Origin: Laetmonice hystrix
Lineage: Eukaryota
Reading direction: 5' to 3'
NCBI GenBank assembly: GCA_965235115.1
Contig: OZ249440.1
Location: 34,660,001 to 34,724,000, forward strand
Length of the DNA: 64,000 bases
Below the pieces are notes generated by a model, which saw only the letters and a program-made list of their open reading frames with translations, was not told the origin of the DNA and did not search any database. Below, in pieces: positions 1 to 12,767 of this stretch. The number at the start of each line of letters is the position of its first letter. Position 1 is the stretch's first letter. The position numbers and the translations under genes are program-made.

Positions 1-1384
1 GAAAGAAAATATTGCAAAAAATACCATATTTTCGCCACACTGGCAAATAGAAAAATTCCCAGAAAGGCAAGGAAATTCTTGCCATCAGAACGCACACCGC
101 CATCACAACATGTTGACACAAGCCGACATGTTGGATGATGCTATACACACGAATATTCGTGCTCATAAGGTACTTGTAGCCAATAGGATTACGTCTCTGG
201 CTTGTACGTGTATGCACGAAAGTTCTACCGCTCAGCAAGTCAGTGGTCGTTCGTGCGTATAGCTGTTGGCTAGGCCAGGGGTGTGCAAGCGATGAACACC
301 TGATGATGTCGTATTCATTGAGATCATTTACACTTTATTCGAGCAGTTACACTACAGTATAATAAAGAATTGTTGTTTTGTAGTATTTTTTTTTCCAATA
401 TAGGAGGACGGCGTGTCCCAGTGCCATTTTACTGACATCCGATCAGTTTGTTTAGATCTACGTGTTGAACAAGTCCCCAGTCAAGTGCTTGGTTCCTAGG
501 GTTATGTAGCCGATGTTCGATTACATGCCTAATCGATCATTTCCCGCGTTGAAAAGGCCAAGTCAAAGAACGTCATAGGCTAGCGTCATGACGTTCTTTG
601 GCCAAGTTAACGATTCAGCATCACGCCATTAGTGCTTTTGAATTGAAATGGCACATCAGGTTACACTAGCGACCTTTTGAAAGACCTCACAGCCACAGGG
701 AATAAAAAGAAAAATAACGACCGAAGAGAAGAGGTACGCAAGGGATGGGAACAGAAAGATCAAGCAGGAGTGGTACGATGAGTTTAGGTGGCTGGTATAC
801 GACTCAAAAAAAATACATTCTATTGTACGGACTGCAATCAGGCAAAAAGGAAGAATGTGTTTACCACAGGCAAAGATGCGACCAAGCCGAAAAAGGATGA
901 TTTGAAGAAACATGAAAAATCTGAAGACCACAAATGGGCCCAGCAGGGGAAAAAACTGCAACCACAGATGCAACAGGCAGCATCCAATGCATATTCAGCA
1001 GTTAAAGATGGAGTGGTGGCACAGATGGCCAAGGCAGACATCCCGATTCACACAAATTCCTCTCTTCTTGAACTGCAAATTTTCAATGTAAGTGTGAATA
1101 ACAATTTTAATACATATCATCGAGAGGGAGAACGAGAGTCCTATTTTGCCTCCTGGATCCCAATCATTTTGGCTCATTCCTGGACCTAGGCCTACTTGTA
1201 TTTTTATTGGCCCTCTGGCCTCAGAGAGATTTTCCTAATTTCCCAGACCTAAAGCTTGTCCTGAATCTCATAACCAGAACATTCTCAAAAAGTCTATCAC
1301 CCGTTTCATTATAACATACAGAGTAGAATTTTATTGTGGATATGTTTATGCAGTGTAGGCTAGCTAATGGGACACTTTCATTTA

Positions 1385-4300
1385 CAGTCAAACCTGGATA
1401 ATCCGACCATGTTGGTTTTTTTTAATAAAGTGTCGGATCTTCAATATGTCGGATTACTGAATCTAGGTCAGATGGGTCAGATGGAGTGGACTGTGGTGGG
1501 GGTGGGGGTGGGAGGTGAGCTGGTACTTAAAGCGGTATTGAAAATAAAATAAAAGTGTATTCATTTATTTAATGTAGTAACTTTATACATGTACATTGTA
1601 CATAAAATAATGAAGGCACAAATTTATACATCGTTTAGGAAGTCAGTGATACATGATTGGCGAGTCTTGTTTGCAGTGGTTTCATTGACTGACATCATGA
1701 GAGATGACAGAAACGGGATCTGGGCTGAATGGGCGGTGTTCTCCTCACAAAACTTAATGGCTCCTAAAAGGTAGCGTCTCATCTGTTTGGCGGACGTGGG
1801 TGGGGCACAGTCTTTGTCAGACGGGGCGTGGTCATCTGGGTCAGGTGAGGATTCATCAGGAGACGGGCAGGAGGTGGAGGGTTCTGGAACGACAAAGCGG
1901 ATGATGGCCTCGTCAGTCAGGGATTCCCCAGTGTCGATGCCGCTGTCCACATCGACGTACTCTTTGCCAGAGAGAACGGAATCTTCAGGTAGCAGGTGGC
2001 AGAGGTCTGTCTCCAAAGATTCCACTTCAGATGTTGGTGAGGTGTTGGATGTGGCGATGACTGGCGTTGGAAGGATGTTAACATGGTTGAAGCAGTTGAT
2101 GATGGTAGTGGCGGTGACGTTGTTCCAGGCAGTGGAGATGAGGTTAATGGCTTGGCGAAGGTCAACAGTCTGAGTCAGGTCATCTTCCAGTTGTTGGAGG
2201 AAGTGTCTGGTGAGTTGTTTCCGGTAGTAGGCCTTAAAGGTTCGGATGATTCCTGCATCGAGGGGTTGGATATGGCTGGTGGTGTTGGGTGGAAGGAAGG
2301 TGAGGGTGACATTGGAGAAGGTGAGGTGTGGGTGGGAAGCCGCGTTGTCGATGAGAAGGCAGATATGGCGGCCCTCGTTCTTCATGCGCTGGTTTAGTTT
2401 CTGACACCAGTCTTCAAAGATGTCTCCTCTCATCCAGGCCTTGGAGTTGTTGTGGTAGCTGACGTAGTGGTTGGGGTCGTATCCCTTGGAAAAGCAGCGG
2501 GGGCGTTTGGCTTTGGCGATGAGGAGTGGTTTAATCTTGTCGGTTCCGGTAGCATTGCAGCAAAGGGCGAGGGTAACACGTTCTTTGGAGCGTTTGGTTC
2601 CAGGGACAGCACTGGTGGCGAGGGTGTGGTTTGGTGGGAGTTTGTAAAAGAGGGCAGTTTCATCCAGGTTGTAGACGTCCTCAGGTTTAAAGGACTGGAG
2701 GTCTTCCTTAAGTTGGAGGCGACCGCTGACAACTGCTTTCCTGTCTACGCTGTTAGCTTCCCCATGCATGATAAATTTGGCGATGCTGTGTCGGGTCTTG
2801 AAGCCGGCCAGCCAGCCTCTTGAGAAGCAGAAGGTGGTGGACACCTTGAGGTCTGGTTGTTTGCTGGCAAGGGAACGGGCGCGCTCGATGAGGATGTCGT
2901 CGCTGATGATGGCCCCCTTGGCCCGCACATCACAGAACCACAGGTAGAGGGCTGACTCGAGGAGGGGTTCACGTCCATCATGGGCTCGGCTGCTGCTGAG
3001 GGTGTCGACGGGTGCTGCTAACCACTTGTTGGATTGCTTAATGATGTCGCTGATGGTGTTACGGGCGATGGTAATGCCGTGGTTCTTCAAGACGGACCTG
3101 GCAATGTCGTTTTGGGTAGCTTTAGGGTGGTCCTTCTTGTACTGGCAGATGTGATGCTTTACTTTGGTAGAAATTTCAGTATGGCGACGTTTGGCGGCTG
3201 GTTGAGACATGCTGAGGAGTAGGAACGTTGTTTCTTCGAGCAGATCAACTGGCAAGTGATGTCAGTTCCCTGTACAGGCTGAGTTTTTATGCATCCTGTA
3301 GGTCACACCATGGAAAGCTGTGAAATCACCAGGCTATTGAGCCACGCTCAATCTCCTTTACTTAAAAGCACATGAAAGTTCACGCCTGAGCATTAAACAC
3401 AATGAGACGGTTCCTCAAAGGCTCACAAGTGGGGCCCGACTGCTTTAATGTGAGGTGTTATAGGGAGCATGTGTTAGAAGGGCTGACTGTGTGGTGGGGA
3501 GGTACGACTGTGGGGCAGGAGGTGCAACTCACACGTTTATACAGGAGTTGAGTGATAACTATTGTCGGACCTGCCAAGCAAGGTGTCGGATTAGTGAGTG
3601 TTTTGACAGTTAGTTTAGCATGTTATGTCATAGGAATCGGTAGACGGAGTATCGTCCCCAGCGTAGGGACGGACAGCGTTAACCCGAAAAACCCTACCTC
3701 CGATGTCAATCACTCGCTGTGCAAAATCCATCGTAACTACTGCCAGTTGAGGTGTCAATTCTAACGCAGCCCATCTTCTGTTCCTCTGCTGCACACTTTT
3801 CCAAGGATTTTTGCCCAAAGTTTTAATAAATCAGACTTCCGAAATTGCGAATCGCGCTGGTTCACTGCCGTTAGCTGCCATACTGTTTGTTCTACTGCGC
3901 ATGTTCAAAACACGCACACTGGCGACCAGCAGGGGAGCATTTATTATTCTAGACCAAACAGCAATTCCTCCATTATGGCGCCAAACTAGTAGCCAACGTT
4001 TGAAATGACTGCTCCCTTCGTGAGCTTGACCCGGTTGTAAGACTATGGAAAGTGGTCGATTGGTTTGGAAAATTGGCCGAATCTGTTGCTTAGAGGAACA
4101 CCAAGTAAGTTCATTGGGCTCAGTAGCTGAAGGTAAAGGCAATCTTTTATTTGAAGTGATGGAAGAGGTGATGGCCCACATTCATTTTGCGGGTTGAACG
4201 TTTGGTCTCGTAGCCCGTTCGCTAGAGGATAGGCCGTGTATACACACGGCCTATGTTAGAGGCTAAGGAATCGGGTGTCGGAGTCGGAAGTTCAATATGT

Positions 4301-4397
4301 CGGATAAAACGTACTGGCAACAGTTGGTTTCATGCTAATTAGTGTCGGATCTTCAGTTTGTCGGACTATCCAGTGTCGGATTATCCAGGTTTGACTG
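1385..4397 (-). mobile_element. Complete pogo/Tigger-type (Tc1/mariner superfamily) DNA transposon
   Basis: Perfect 23-bp TIRs CAGTCAAACCTGGATAATCCGAC at 1385-1407 and 4375-4397; TA on both sides (1383-1384, 4398-4399); subterminal GTCGGA repeats; internal transposase ORF. Confidence 0.95.
1624..3210 (-). CDS. pogo/Tigger transposase (CENP-B-type HTH + DDE_1), uninterrupted ORF
   Basis: Likely start MSQPAAKRR at 3210. HTH motifs LESALYLWF and FSRGWLAGFKTRH; catalytic YNLDETALF, LLIDNAASH, QPLDAGII (29 residues between 2nd and 3rd D). Confidence 0.93.
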   Translation of the reverse strand: MSQPAAKRRHTEISTKVKHHICQYKKDHPKATQNDIARSVLKNHGITIARNTISDIIKQSNKWLAAPVDTLSSSRAHDGREPLLESALYLWFCDVRAKGAIISDDILIERARSLASKQPDLKVSTTFCFSRGWLAGFKTRHSIAKFIMHGEANSVDRKAVVSGRLQLKEDLQSFKPEDVYNLDETALFYKLPPNHTLATSAVPGTKRSKERVTLALCCNATGTDKIKPLLIAKAKRPRCFSKGYDPNHYVSYHNNSKAWMRGDIFEDWCQKLNQRMKNEGRHICLLIDNAASHPHLTFSNVTLTFLPPNTTSHIQPLDAGIIRTFKAYYRKQLTRHFLQQLEDDLTQTVDLRQAINLISTAWNNVTATTIINCFNHVNILPTPVIATSNTSPTSEVESLETDLCHLLPEDSVLSGKEYVDVDSGIDTGESLTDEAIIRFVVPEPSTSCPSPDESSPDPDDHAPSDKDCAPPTSAKQMRRYLLGAIKFCEENTAHSAQIPFLSSLMMSVNETTANKTRQSCITDFLNDV

Positions 4398-5243
4398 TAT
4401 ATATTAATTTGTGAAGTCATACCTAGCCTCTTTGAAAAAAAGATAGTGCTCTGATACATGAAAAAGGGAGAACTTAATTTCACCATATCTTTATTTCTTC
4501 TCACTTAGACGTATTTGTGATTGTAATTATTTTAAATTGTAATTATTTTAAAATGAGAATCATGGCCCTATCTTCTGATGACATTACTACTGGTATATTT
4601 TTGCAGGGTGTGAATGCACTAAAGCACCTCAAGCCACATGAAGGTGTCTCACATTACACCCGCAGCGACTCTCTTGGGGATTTCTACAAGGCCCTCACAG
4701 AAGTGACAGAAGAAGAAATAAAACAGGAGAGGTCATCATCACCCTATGAGGTAGGCCTAAAATGGAAATAAAATTTTGCCTCAAGTAATATTTTATTAAG
4801 AACAATCACCCTGTAATTTAATGTTATGGCTCTTCCGCCTAAAATCTAGTCAAGCTTAGGGGATTGCACATGATTACTGTAAATTCTGGAATTTAATACA
4901 TGTGTATAATTTGGGAAATTATCAAATTGGTAATAAGTAATAAGTGATTCTTTGTAACTTAATGTATGATAAATTATATGTCGCTGCATTTTGTACAGGT
5001 GTATGCCCTTGAGGTGGATAAAGCAACAGATTCATCAAATAAATCCGTAATCTTCATCTACCAGCGATTTGTGGACAAGACAGGCACTACACGGACCATA
5101 TTCTTGGCTGTGCGAGAACTGGAAGCCACCAATGCAGACAGCATTTATCAAACTATCCTAGAAGTACTAAAAGAAAAAGAAAAGGACCAGCCCCTAGACA
5201 AACTGGTTGGCCTTGCCACAGATGGGGCAAGTGTAATGGCAAC

Positions 5244-5780
5244 TCAATTAAATTCCAGGTGTCCGCCAGGGGAGAATTCTTGGTGTTTCTTCCGGCGTGC
5301 TGAGGCCGAAGGAGAAGATCCTCCACCGCATGCAGACAGTTGCAAGCATGCTCTTGACCTGGATGTGGCGCAGCACTTGGTGCCAGTTTATGAGTGATGC
5401 AAATTTGCTGAAAAGACTTCAAAAAGGAAAAGATCCAGAATGCAAACGAATGCTTGCATTCAGTAATTTGGTCGCGTTGCCCAAAGACTGTTTTTGTTGG
5501 GAAAAAAAAAAAAATTGCATGGTGCTGTTGCATCGGCTGTTGCAAGTTTTAATGAAGGGGCAGGTCATCTCTCAGAGGTAATGCGCAAACTTGCAATTGA
5601 AAGCAGTGAAGTCCTGCAACAGTACATCGACAAACAGGATAAGACGAGGATGAAGAAAGCGCACAAAGCAGCTACTCGTGCAGTACGAAACATCAGGGCT
5701 AAGCGCTTAGTGTAAAAACGATGTGCGCGTGCAAATGCCGAATCAAACGAAGGAGTAACCTATGCCTCTGGTGCATTTTA
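5244..5780 (+). pseudogene. C-terminal fragment of a Mutator-like (PF20700)/Kolobok-type transposase
   Basis: CPPGENSWCFFRRA, then across frameshifts QNANECLHSVIWSRCPK-like and GAVASAVASFNEG motifs, typical of this family's C-terminus. Confidence 0.65.
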
Positions 5781-6707
5781 AAAATTTCTAAAGCCGATGA
5801 ACACTATATGTATGCAAAAAAGACTCTATTCAGACTTTACATATCTTTTAGTACCTTAATTTACACTTTGAAGCTTTCAAACAGCAAAAAAAAACAGGGT
5901 TGTGGGCATGGTAGACATGTTTGCGGGAATATTCCAATGTTTTCAGCCATTTTCTCAGAAACAAGATTTTTAGATCTTGCACAAGCTCTAACTTGGTTAA
6001 TTTAAAAGATATAGTGATAAAATTTGGTACACTTATACAATACATTATGTAGAATGCAATAACAAAGAGCTTTCATACAGAAAGGAAATAGTTTCTAGTT
6101 GGTGTGGCATCTATTTTCTCGATGCTCTGTTATTTCATTGTATGTGGATCAGGGATATATTTTAAAAAAAGAATGGTATTGATAGGTGGTCATTTAGAAA
6201 AAATACAGAATGTGCAGATTCGGACTCTTTTTTTGCTATTACGGTGGCCATATTGGATTGTTGCCATGGTAACCAGCGGGGTAGGAACCTCATAATATTC
6301 AAAATTATTTCATCTCTCCCTATACTATTAAAAGGTAATTTAAAAAAATAAGTTGCAAGAAAGACTAAAAAGTCTAACTGTAGCCCCCATATCAAGATAT
6401 AAGAATATAAGAATGATTGACAGTTGGTCTTGTAAATATCTTCATTGATGCTGTGAATATCTCCACCTATAAACTTCATGATAGTTTTCATGAGAAATGA
6501 GGGGTAGGCGATGCTGTAAATATAGGAATGATTGAGAGTTGGTCTTGTAAATGTTTTCATTGATGCTAAAATAAATAAAAATAGTCTACGTTTTGGTCAA
6601 CGTTGGTTTCTTCGGGGTCTTTTTCTCTCCCCACCCCCCGCACACTTAGCCGCGCTGACCACGCTGCCTGACCCAGGGCCCCGTCTTACTAACCACGCTG
6701 CCTGACC

Positions 6708-6961
6708 CAGGGCCCCGTCTTACTAAACATCGATCTGGTTAACTCACAGCTGGTTAATAACCAGAAATCGTTATTAACTAGATCTGGTTAAAACCTGTCT
6801 TACTAAGGTCTAGTTAGTAGCATAACATATAGGGAACGGTCTAGTTAACTTAGGCTGGGGAGGGGGTGCCGCTAACGTACGTTGTCGCCTTGGCGATGGC
6901 CTACTTTACCAGCAGTTAACTATACATGTATAGTAACGATGTTTAGTAAGACGGGGCCCTG
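6708..6961. mobile_element. Harbinger-like MITE
   Basis: TIR CAGGGCCCCGTCTTACTAAACATCG with its reverse complement ending at 6961; a 34-bp tandem duplication of the left end (6659-6692 / 6693-6726). Confidence 0.7.
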
Positions 6962-6985
6962 ACCGGCCGCGCTGCCCCAGACAGG

Positions 6986-8209
6986 CAGTGTTTTCCATTA
7001 GGCAGAAATACTTGGTCGCCCATGTGGGCAAGTAAGTTGCCAAACTTTGTCCCCCAACAGAACATTTGGTCGCCCCCCCCCAAAAAAACGCATAGATTGG
7101 CCTACTGTTAATACGATAGGGCCTAATTGATTTAATATGGTGACAGTACTAGCACTGACATAACTTCTTAACTGCCAGTCAACAAACTACTGGTGTGTGT
7201 TTGTGCTGTAGGCAGGGGTGCATGTAGCTTGGCTGAAATAAATGTGTAGGCACTTTTTTTAGGGGGGGGGGGGGGTCTGAGGGCATTCTGTGTTGGCAAA
7301 TCACTATCAAACCGGGTATTTATTTTTTAATCTATTTTAATTTAATTTTACACATAGGCACTTAGACCTATAACAACCATCTTCTGTTATTTGTAAGCTA
7401 TATAGGCCTAGTAAATGTTGCATTTATGGCAGATCTATTTTTTATTTCTGGGGCAAAATATGTAGGCAGGCGCCTAAGGCTAATGGAAGCTACGCGCCTG
7501 GTAGTGGTAGGGGACCGTTGTAGGGGACCCTACCCGGGGGTCTGGCTCAGGGTCGCCGGCAATCAGCTTGCCTTGCACCCACCCCCACCTCCCCACTCCC
7601 GGCCCAAGTGGTGCTCGACCAGCCACCTCTTCCCATCAGTCCCTACTCATTTCGGTCGCTGGGCCCTTCGCCTGCCCTCCTGGCATAGGCCTAATAAAGT
7701 CATAAAGATCTTTAGCTGTTGTGTGGCAAAAGTGACAGCGCTCCTTGAAATTGGTAACCCCCAAACCGCCCTCCCGACGACCGCCCTCCCGTCGGACCAC
7801 ATCAGGTGTTGGGATAGGGTCCCCTCCGCCACGCTGACGCCCGCCCCTGACAAGTAACGGGTGCAGGGACAGCCTCCTCCCAGGCTCCCCTCCCTGGCCT
7901 GTCGGCCCCCTGCCGCTGACCGCCAGAATCCACAACGGGTGCGACCAAAGATTGTACTATCCTAGTACAATCTTTGGTGCGACATCCATGCTACCGCTCT
8001 GCAGCACAGGGAGCAGGGCGCACCGCTCTCAAAACACCGTAGCGCAGCCAACGCATGGCGCACCCCACTGGTACTGGTACTAGAGGTGCTCAAGGGACGG
8101 TGGCAAATTTTTTAGTCGCCAACACGGGCAACCTCAGTCAGCATCTTAGTCGCCCGGAGAATTTTTTACTCGCGTCGGGCGAATTGGCGACCGCTAAACG
8201 AAAACACTG
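6986..8209. mobile_element. Non-autonomous hAT-like element with 6-bp flanking duplication
   Basis: CAGTGTTTTC...GAAAACACTG termini, GTCGCC subterminal repeats, GACAGG on both flanks. Confidence 0.6.
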
Positions 8210-8254
8210 GACAGGCCTGCACGTACAGCACACTCAGCCTACCCGTTGCGTTGG

Positions 8255-11200
8255 GCAAGCGCTATATACACGTAAAACGTGGATATAAGAGCCTTATATA
8301 CACGGATTGGATCCGTGTATATAAGGCTCCAATATACACGTAAAATCCGTGTATATTTGCCGCTTAGGCTTTAGCCTAACACTAACCCTAACCTTAACCC
8401 TAACCCTAAGCCCTACACTGTCAGAGGGGGGTAACAGCTCCTCAAGGGTTGTAGTTAGGTGGCTTAGGGCCAGATTTTTACAATATGGGGACAGAGCGGA
8501 TAAAAGCATAATGTTTTCAGCAGGAAGTCTTCATGTGAAATACTTTCAATTTTTGCTAGGCGCCAAGAAATTAATGCATAGTAGCAGGTATTATAGACCC
8601 AAATAGTTGAACTCTCACAGCTGACTCTCAAACCTAACACATGGAAGATGTGGGTCAGGTTGTTAACGTAACCAAACCTTTGGCATTGTGATGTCACAAT
8701 AACTTTGAGTCACAATAACGCTCAGTCACAATGGTGACAATTGCAACGTCACAGTGCCATACTGTCACGTCACGACTTCGCGTTTGCCGGTGACCCAAAT
8801 ACAAGGCCGACCGCCCCTGACAACATGTCACAGGGACTCACGCAGAGTCCAGAGATTGGAACTGTGCGATTATAGTCCGGCAAAGCCTAATATCGGGAAT
8901 TCATAATGTTTTAGGCACACTTTCCAAGCACTTATTGCCGTTGAACGGTTCTATCGAGACTGTGTCGGTGTTGTTGAGACGTTACCCAGTGTATCAGCTG
9001 TCCAGTTGTCACTGTGCTGTCAAACACCTGCCTGTCACCGCTGATGCAGCATTGGTTTTGAGAGTGATTGTACATATGAGAAGGAGGGAGGGGGGTGTTG
9101 ATGTACAGGGAACGTAACGTCCTAGCTTCAGGACCAGCACCCATTTTTTACCGGCGATTTCTCACTGATGGAATATGATGGAACACATTTCTCCTGCCCC
9201 TCCCCTTAAATTTTGGCTTGTCAATTCATTTGCCTTAGACTAGATGTTCACTTTTTCTAAATTCCACCCCCTCAGGGGCGTACGCGAGGGGTTCCAGGAT
9301 CCAGGCACTGGTTGACGGTGTTGGCACAGGGCGAGCACAAAACCTATAAATTGTTGACAATATCAACACATTTTTATTAATTAGGTATCTAAATACACGC
9401 ATAGGCGGCAGAAGGAAATTTTACCTTGGGGGGGGGGCTGAACTCATAAGTTGTACTGATGTAGTGTTCCCAATAAAGCCTGAAGGTGTCGCATTCATAG
9501 GAGGTCTAGGGGCATCCCCAGAAAATTGAAATTTTGCCTTCTTTCCCTGGCACTTGGTGCATTTTGGGCAAGAAAACAAAGGAATTTAACACGTCAGTTT
9601 GATAGAATGTTTATATAATTATGAAAAAAAATCCTCACCAGTGGGCCTTAGCAAAATAATTTGGTGAGGACCACTGGTGAGCATAGTTTAATAAGTTAAT
9701 TAGTTTAATAGTTAATTTATATCTAATAATTAACCAACAATTGCCCCAAAAATGGGATTATTAATTGGTTACCATGGTAACCAAGTAACTATGGCAACTC
9801 CCATTTTGTGATATTTCACAGTCTCACTGAGTGCTCTCATATGAAGTATCACATGCACAGATTGCCGTGCAATCTATTTTTGGGTGATCAATATGTTGTT
9901 TCTTTGAGAGCATTATTGTTCCTATGGCAACGAGACCATACTGCAATTCTCACGTGCTTCTGCAATTCTCACGTGCTTCAGATATAAGACATCTATATCT
10001 GTCATACTCCACATAAGAAGAGGGTGCATGTCAAATGCTGTGATTGCTAAGCAAATTTATATCTAATAATTCAATAAAAAATTGCCCCAAAAATGGGATT
10101 ATTAATTGGTTACCATGGTAACAAAGTAACTATGGCAACTCCCATTTTGTGATATATATCACATAGTCTCACTGAGTGCTGTCTTATGAGGTATCACATG
10201 CACAGATTGCTGTGCAATCTATTTTTGGGTGATCAAATATGTTACTTCTATGAGAACTTCATGAAACAATGAGGAACTAGGAAGCTATGTTTGCGATCCT
10301 GTTGCTATAGAAACGAGATCAATCATTACTTCTCATGCACTTCAGATAGAGGACATCTACATCTCTCGCATTCCACATAGAAAATGGAGGCATAACATAT
10401 TGGGTGATTACTAAGAAAAACAAAATCCAATAATTCATCAAAATTGGCCAAAAAACATCTCATTAATTGGCTACCATGGTAACCAAGTAACCACGACAAC
10501 TTAAGTTCTGTGGTATTCTAGATAAATACTCGGAGTTCATTCATATGAGATATCACAATGTCAGATTCCTGCATAATTCTTTTCTCACCTCTGAAATATG
10601 TTGATTTTCTTGAAAACCTTGAAAATAAGGAGGCAGTTCAGTTTTGTCTTTGTTACCATGGATACCAGACAAAATAATTTTCACTTCTTATGTGCCTCAG
10701 ATGTAATGTAAGTGTACCATTCACACTGCATGTAAAAACAGGAATGCCAAATAGTGTAGTTACTATGGAAACTGACAAGTAACAATTTGCAAAAAAAATC
10801 ACCAAAATTAAACAGTTTTGTGGTTGCCATGGTAACGAGGTAATCTTGATGACTTTCATTTGTTGATATTTTGAATGTACTCTGTGAACTCTTTCATATG
10901 AGGTATCGCAACCTTATATTTGAGCAAAGGTCATTTTTAGTCAGTAAGATTATGTTCGTTTTCTACGATGCTGAGGTTCCTGTGCGTTGCCATGGATACG
11001 GACCCCTTCGCACCTTCAAATTTAATGGCGCCTAGTCCAGATTTTATAAGAACCAGCTTAGGAATAACCTTACAAAATTTGGTGCTTTTATCCGGAGTGT
11101 CCCCTTTATTTATTTAAGCTGCCTGACTATTGAGAATCACTGGGGTAAGGGCTTTGATGTTCACGAATTGGATCTGTGTATATTAGGCCACAATATACAC

Positions 11201-11259
11201 GTATTTTACGTGTATATTGTGGCCTAATATACACGGATTTTACGTGTATATAGCCAGTT
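8255..11259. mobile_element. Non-autonomous element with sub-terminal inverted repeats and (TAACCC)n-like tract, expanded by nested insertions
   Basis: GCTATATACACGTAAAA (8261) pairs with TTTTACGTGTATATAGC (ends 11254); TATACACG repeats at both ends; 12-bp direct repeat CCGTTGCGTTGG at 8243-8254 and 11260-11271. Confidence 0.55.
8873..11129. mobile_element. Possible Academ-like non-autonomous element containing ~340-bp diverged tandem units (~9715-10900)
   Basis: Starts TAGTCCGGCA and ends TGCCTGACTA, like the two better Academ-like elements in this window; flanks TTA/TTG match only 2 of 3; repeated GGTTACCATGGTAAC-containing units. Confidence 0.45.
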
Positions 11260-12017
11260 CCGTTGCGTTGGTGCGTAACAAAATACGGGTGGCCGAAACA
11301 CAGCGGCGGCCGAAATGCGTGCACCCAGCACCGTGTGACGATTTGACTGGTATTCCTACTATCGTGTATGAGCGATAATCGGGTATCCCAACGCATTTAA
11401 ACTTTCCAGATTGTCCCAATCAATGGATACGTCATAAAACCTACCTGATTGTTGTGTAGTCACCATATTTCATTTGGTCTAGTATTAGTAACAGTTGTCA
11501 TAGGTCACATGCCACTTTGTGGCCGCTTCCAACCTGTTGTTTTCTTGTTCTCGACCACACTCACGCTCACTCGGATTTCTGTAAAGTTCTGGCGCCACCT
11601 GGTGAGTATGATCGACTGGTCGGCATGGAGGGCGCCATCTGGGCGAGAGCAGTCGCACTAAACACCTAAACCGGCAGAATGTACTGGTTTGCTGAAACTC
11701 AGCGGAACACGGAAAGCAACCGTCAGTATGTGGTGTTGGTGTCAGCTATTTAGCATTATACAAGACTCAAGAGTTGAGTCAACTTGAGTGACACTCGGAC
11801 TAAAAGACTGAAGTGTGTGTTCGAGAAACCGGGCCTGGGAGTTGAGCCAAAGCCTAAAACACCTTGATATATACCCTCCCAACCAGTCGCTCATGCCCTG
11901 ATCTCGGTTTGTCCCTCAAACAAAGGCCACATAATCCAGGGTTCTCCCATAAGAAACACTCTAAATGGCTCACGGCCAACAGGCCGACTCCTCGGTCCCC
12001 CATGTGGCCCTACTAAG

Positions 12018-12734
12018 CAGGCGCGTGTCTAAAGGGGGGGGGGGGCCCAGGGGGTCCGGACCCCCCCCCCCCCCGCTCCCACAGAGCATAGATTTTTTTC
12101 TAAGCATTCCCGCCGGCCGTTTTGAACCCGTTCAGCGATTTTTTCTAAGCATTTCCGCCGTTTTGAACCTGTTGATCGATGAATCTACAAAATATAATGC
12201 CCTAAAAGGGCCCCTAAATGGCGGGAATCGCGTTTCAGAGCTTCTAATTTAAAAAAAAATCTGAGACCCCCACTGGCGGATCCAGGGGGGGTTCAGGGGG
12301 TTCGAACCCCCCCCCCCTAAAATTTTGCAGATACACACATTTTAACTTAACATTATAATTTAGAAGTTTTTTTTCTTTCCGTTGCAAGATAAAAACCACC
12401 TAAAAAATTTTTTTGCGGCATGATTTCATCCTAGATTATAGCTTGGACTTCAGGCCGTTTTGCCCTTGGTCACATTGGTCACTGAATAGCTTAGGCCTAT
12501 TTTGTGCTCCAAAATGCATCGGATTGTAACAAATTACACCTTGAATTTCAAAATGTTCCGGGGGGATGCCCCCGACCCCCCTAGGAAGGCTTCGCGCCTT
12601 TGGCGCTTGCAGACTTCGCGCCTTCGGCGCTCGTATTTCACGTCTGTGTCACCCCTAAACACCTTGAACCCTCCCTAATGGAAAAAGCTGGATCCGCCCC
12701 TGCCCCCCTGCTGAAAATCCTGGACACGTGCCTG
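12018..12734. mobile_element. MITE (CAGGCGCGTGTC...GACACGTGCCTG) with a second GGCGGATCC-type MITE nested at ~12271-12702
   Basis: Imperfect short TIRs and poly-G/poly-C subterminal tracts; TSDs not resolved. Confidence 0.5.
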
Positions 12735-12767
12735 CCTAGGAATAAATCGGGCGGGAAACGCTCCCGA

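Larger units (their letters stand above)
648..5243 (+). pseudogene. Spliced hAT-family (ZNF862/ZnF_TTF-like) transposase relic; exons ~648-1087, ~4608-4750, ~5000-5243
   Basis: Exon 1 reads WYDEFRWLVYD..FYCTDC..FTTG..KHEKSEDH (TTF-type zinc finger; one stop and one frameshift) and ends at gtaagt 1088. Later exons are bounded by AG/GT and encode ALEVDKATDSS and LVGLATDGASVM (hAT catalytic-region motifs). Truncated at ~5243. Confidence 0.75.

Noticed and set aside
1787..2981. Multiple overlapping ORFs within the pogo transposase
   Set aside because: Antisense or alternative-frame shadows of the real CDS.
8375..8408. Telomere or interstitial telomeric site
   Set aside because: Short, degenerate and embedded in a dispersed element.
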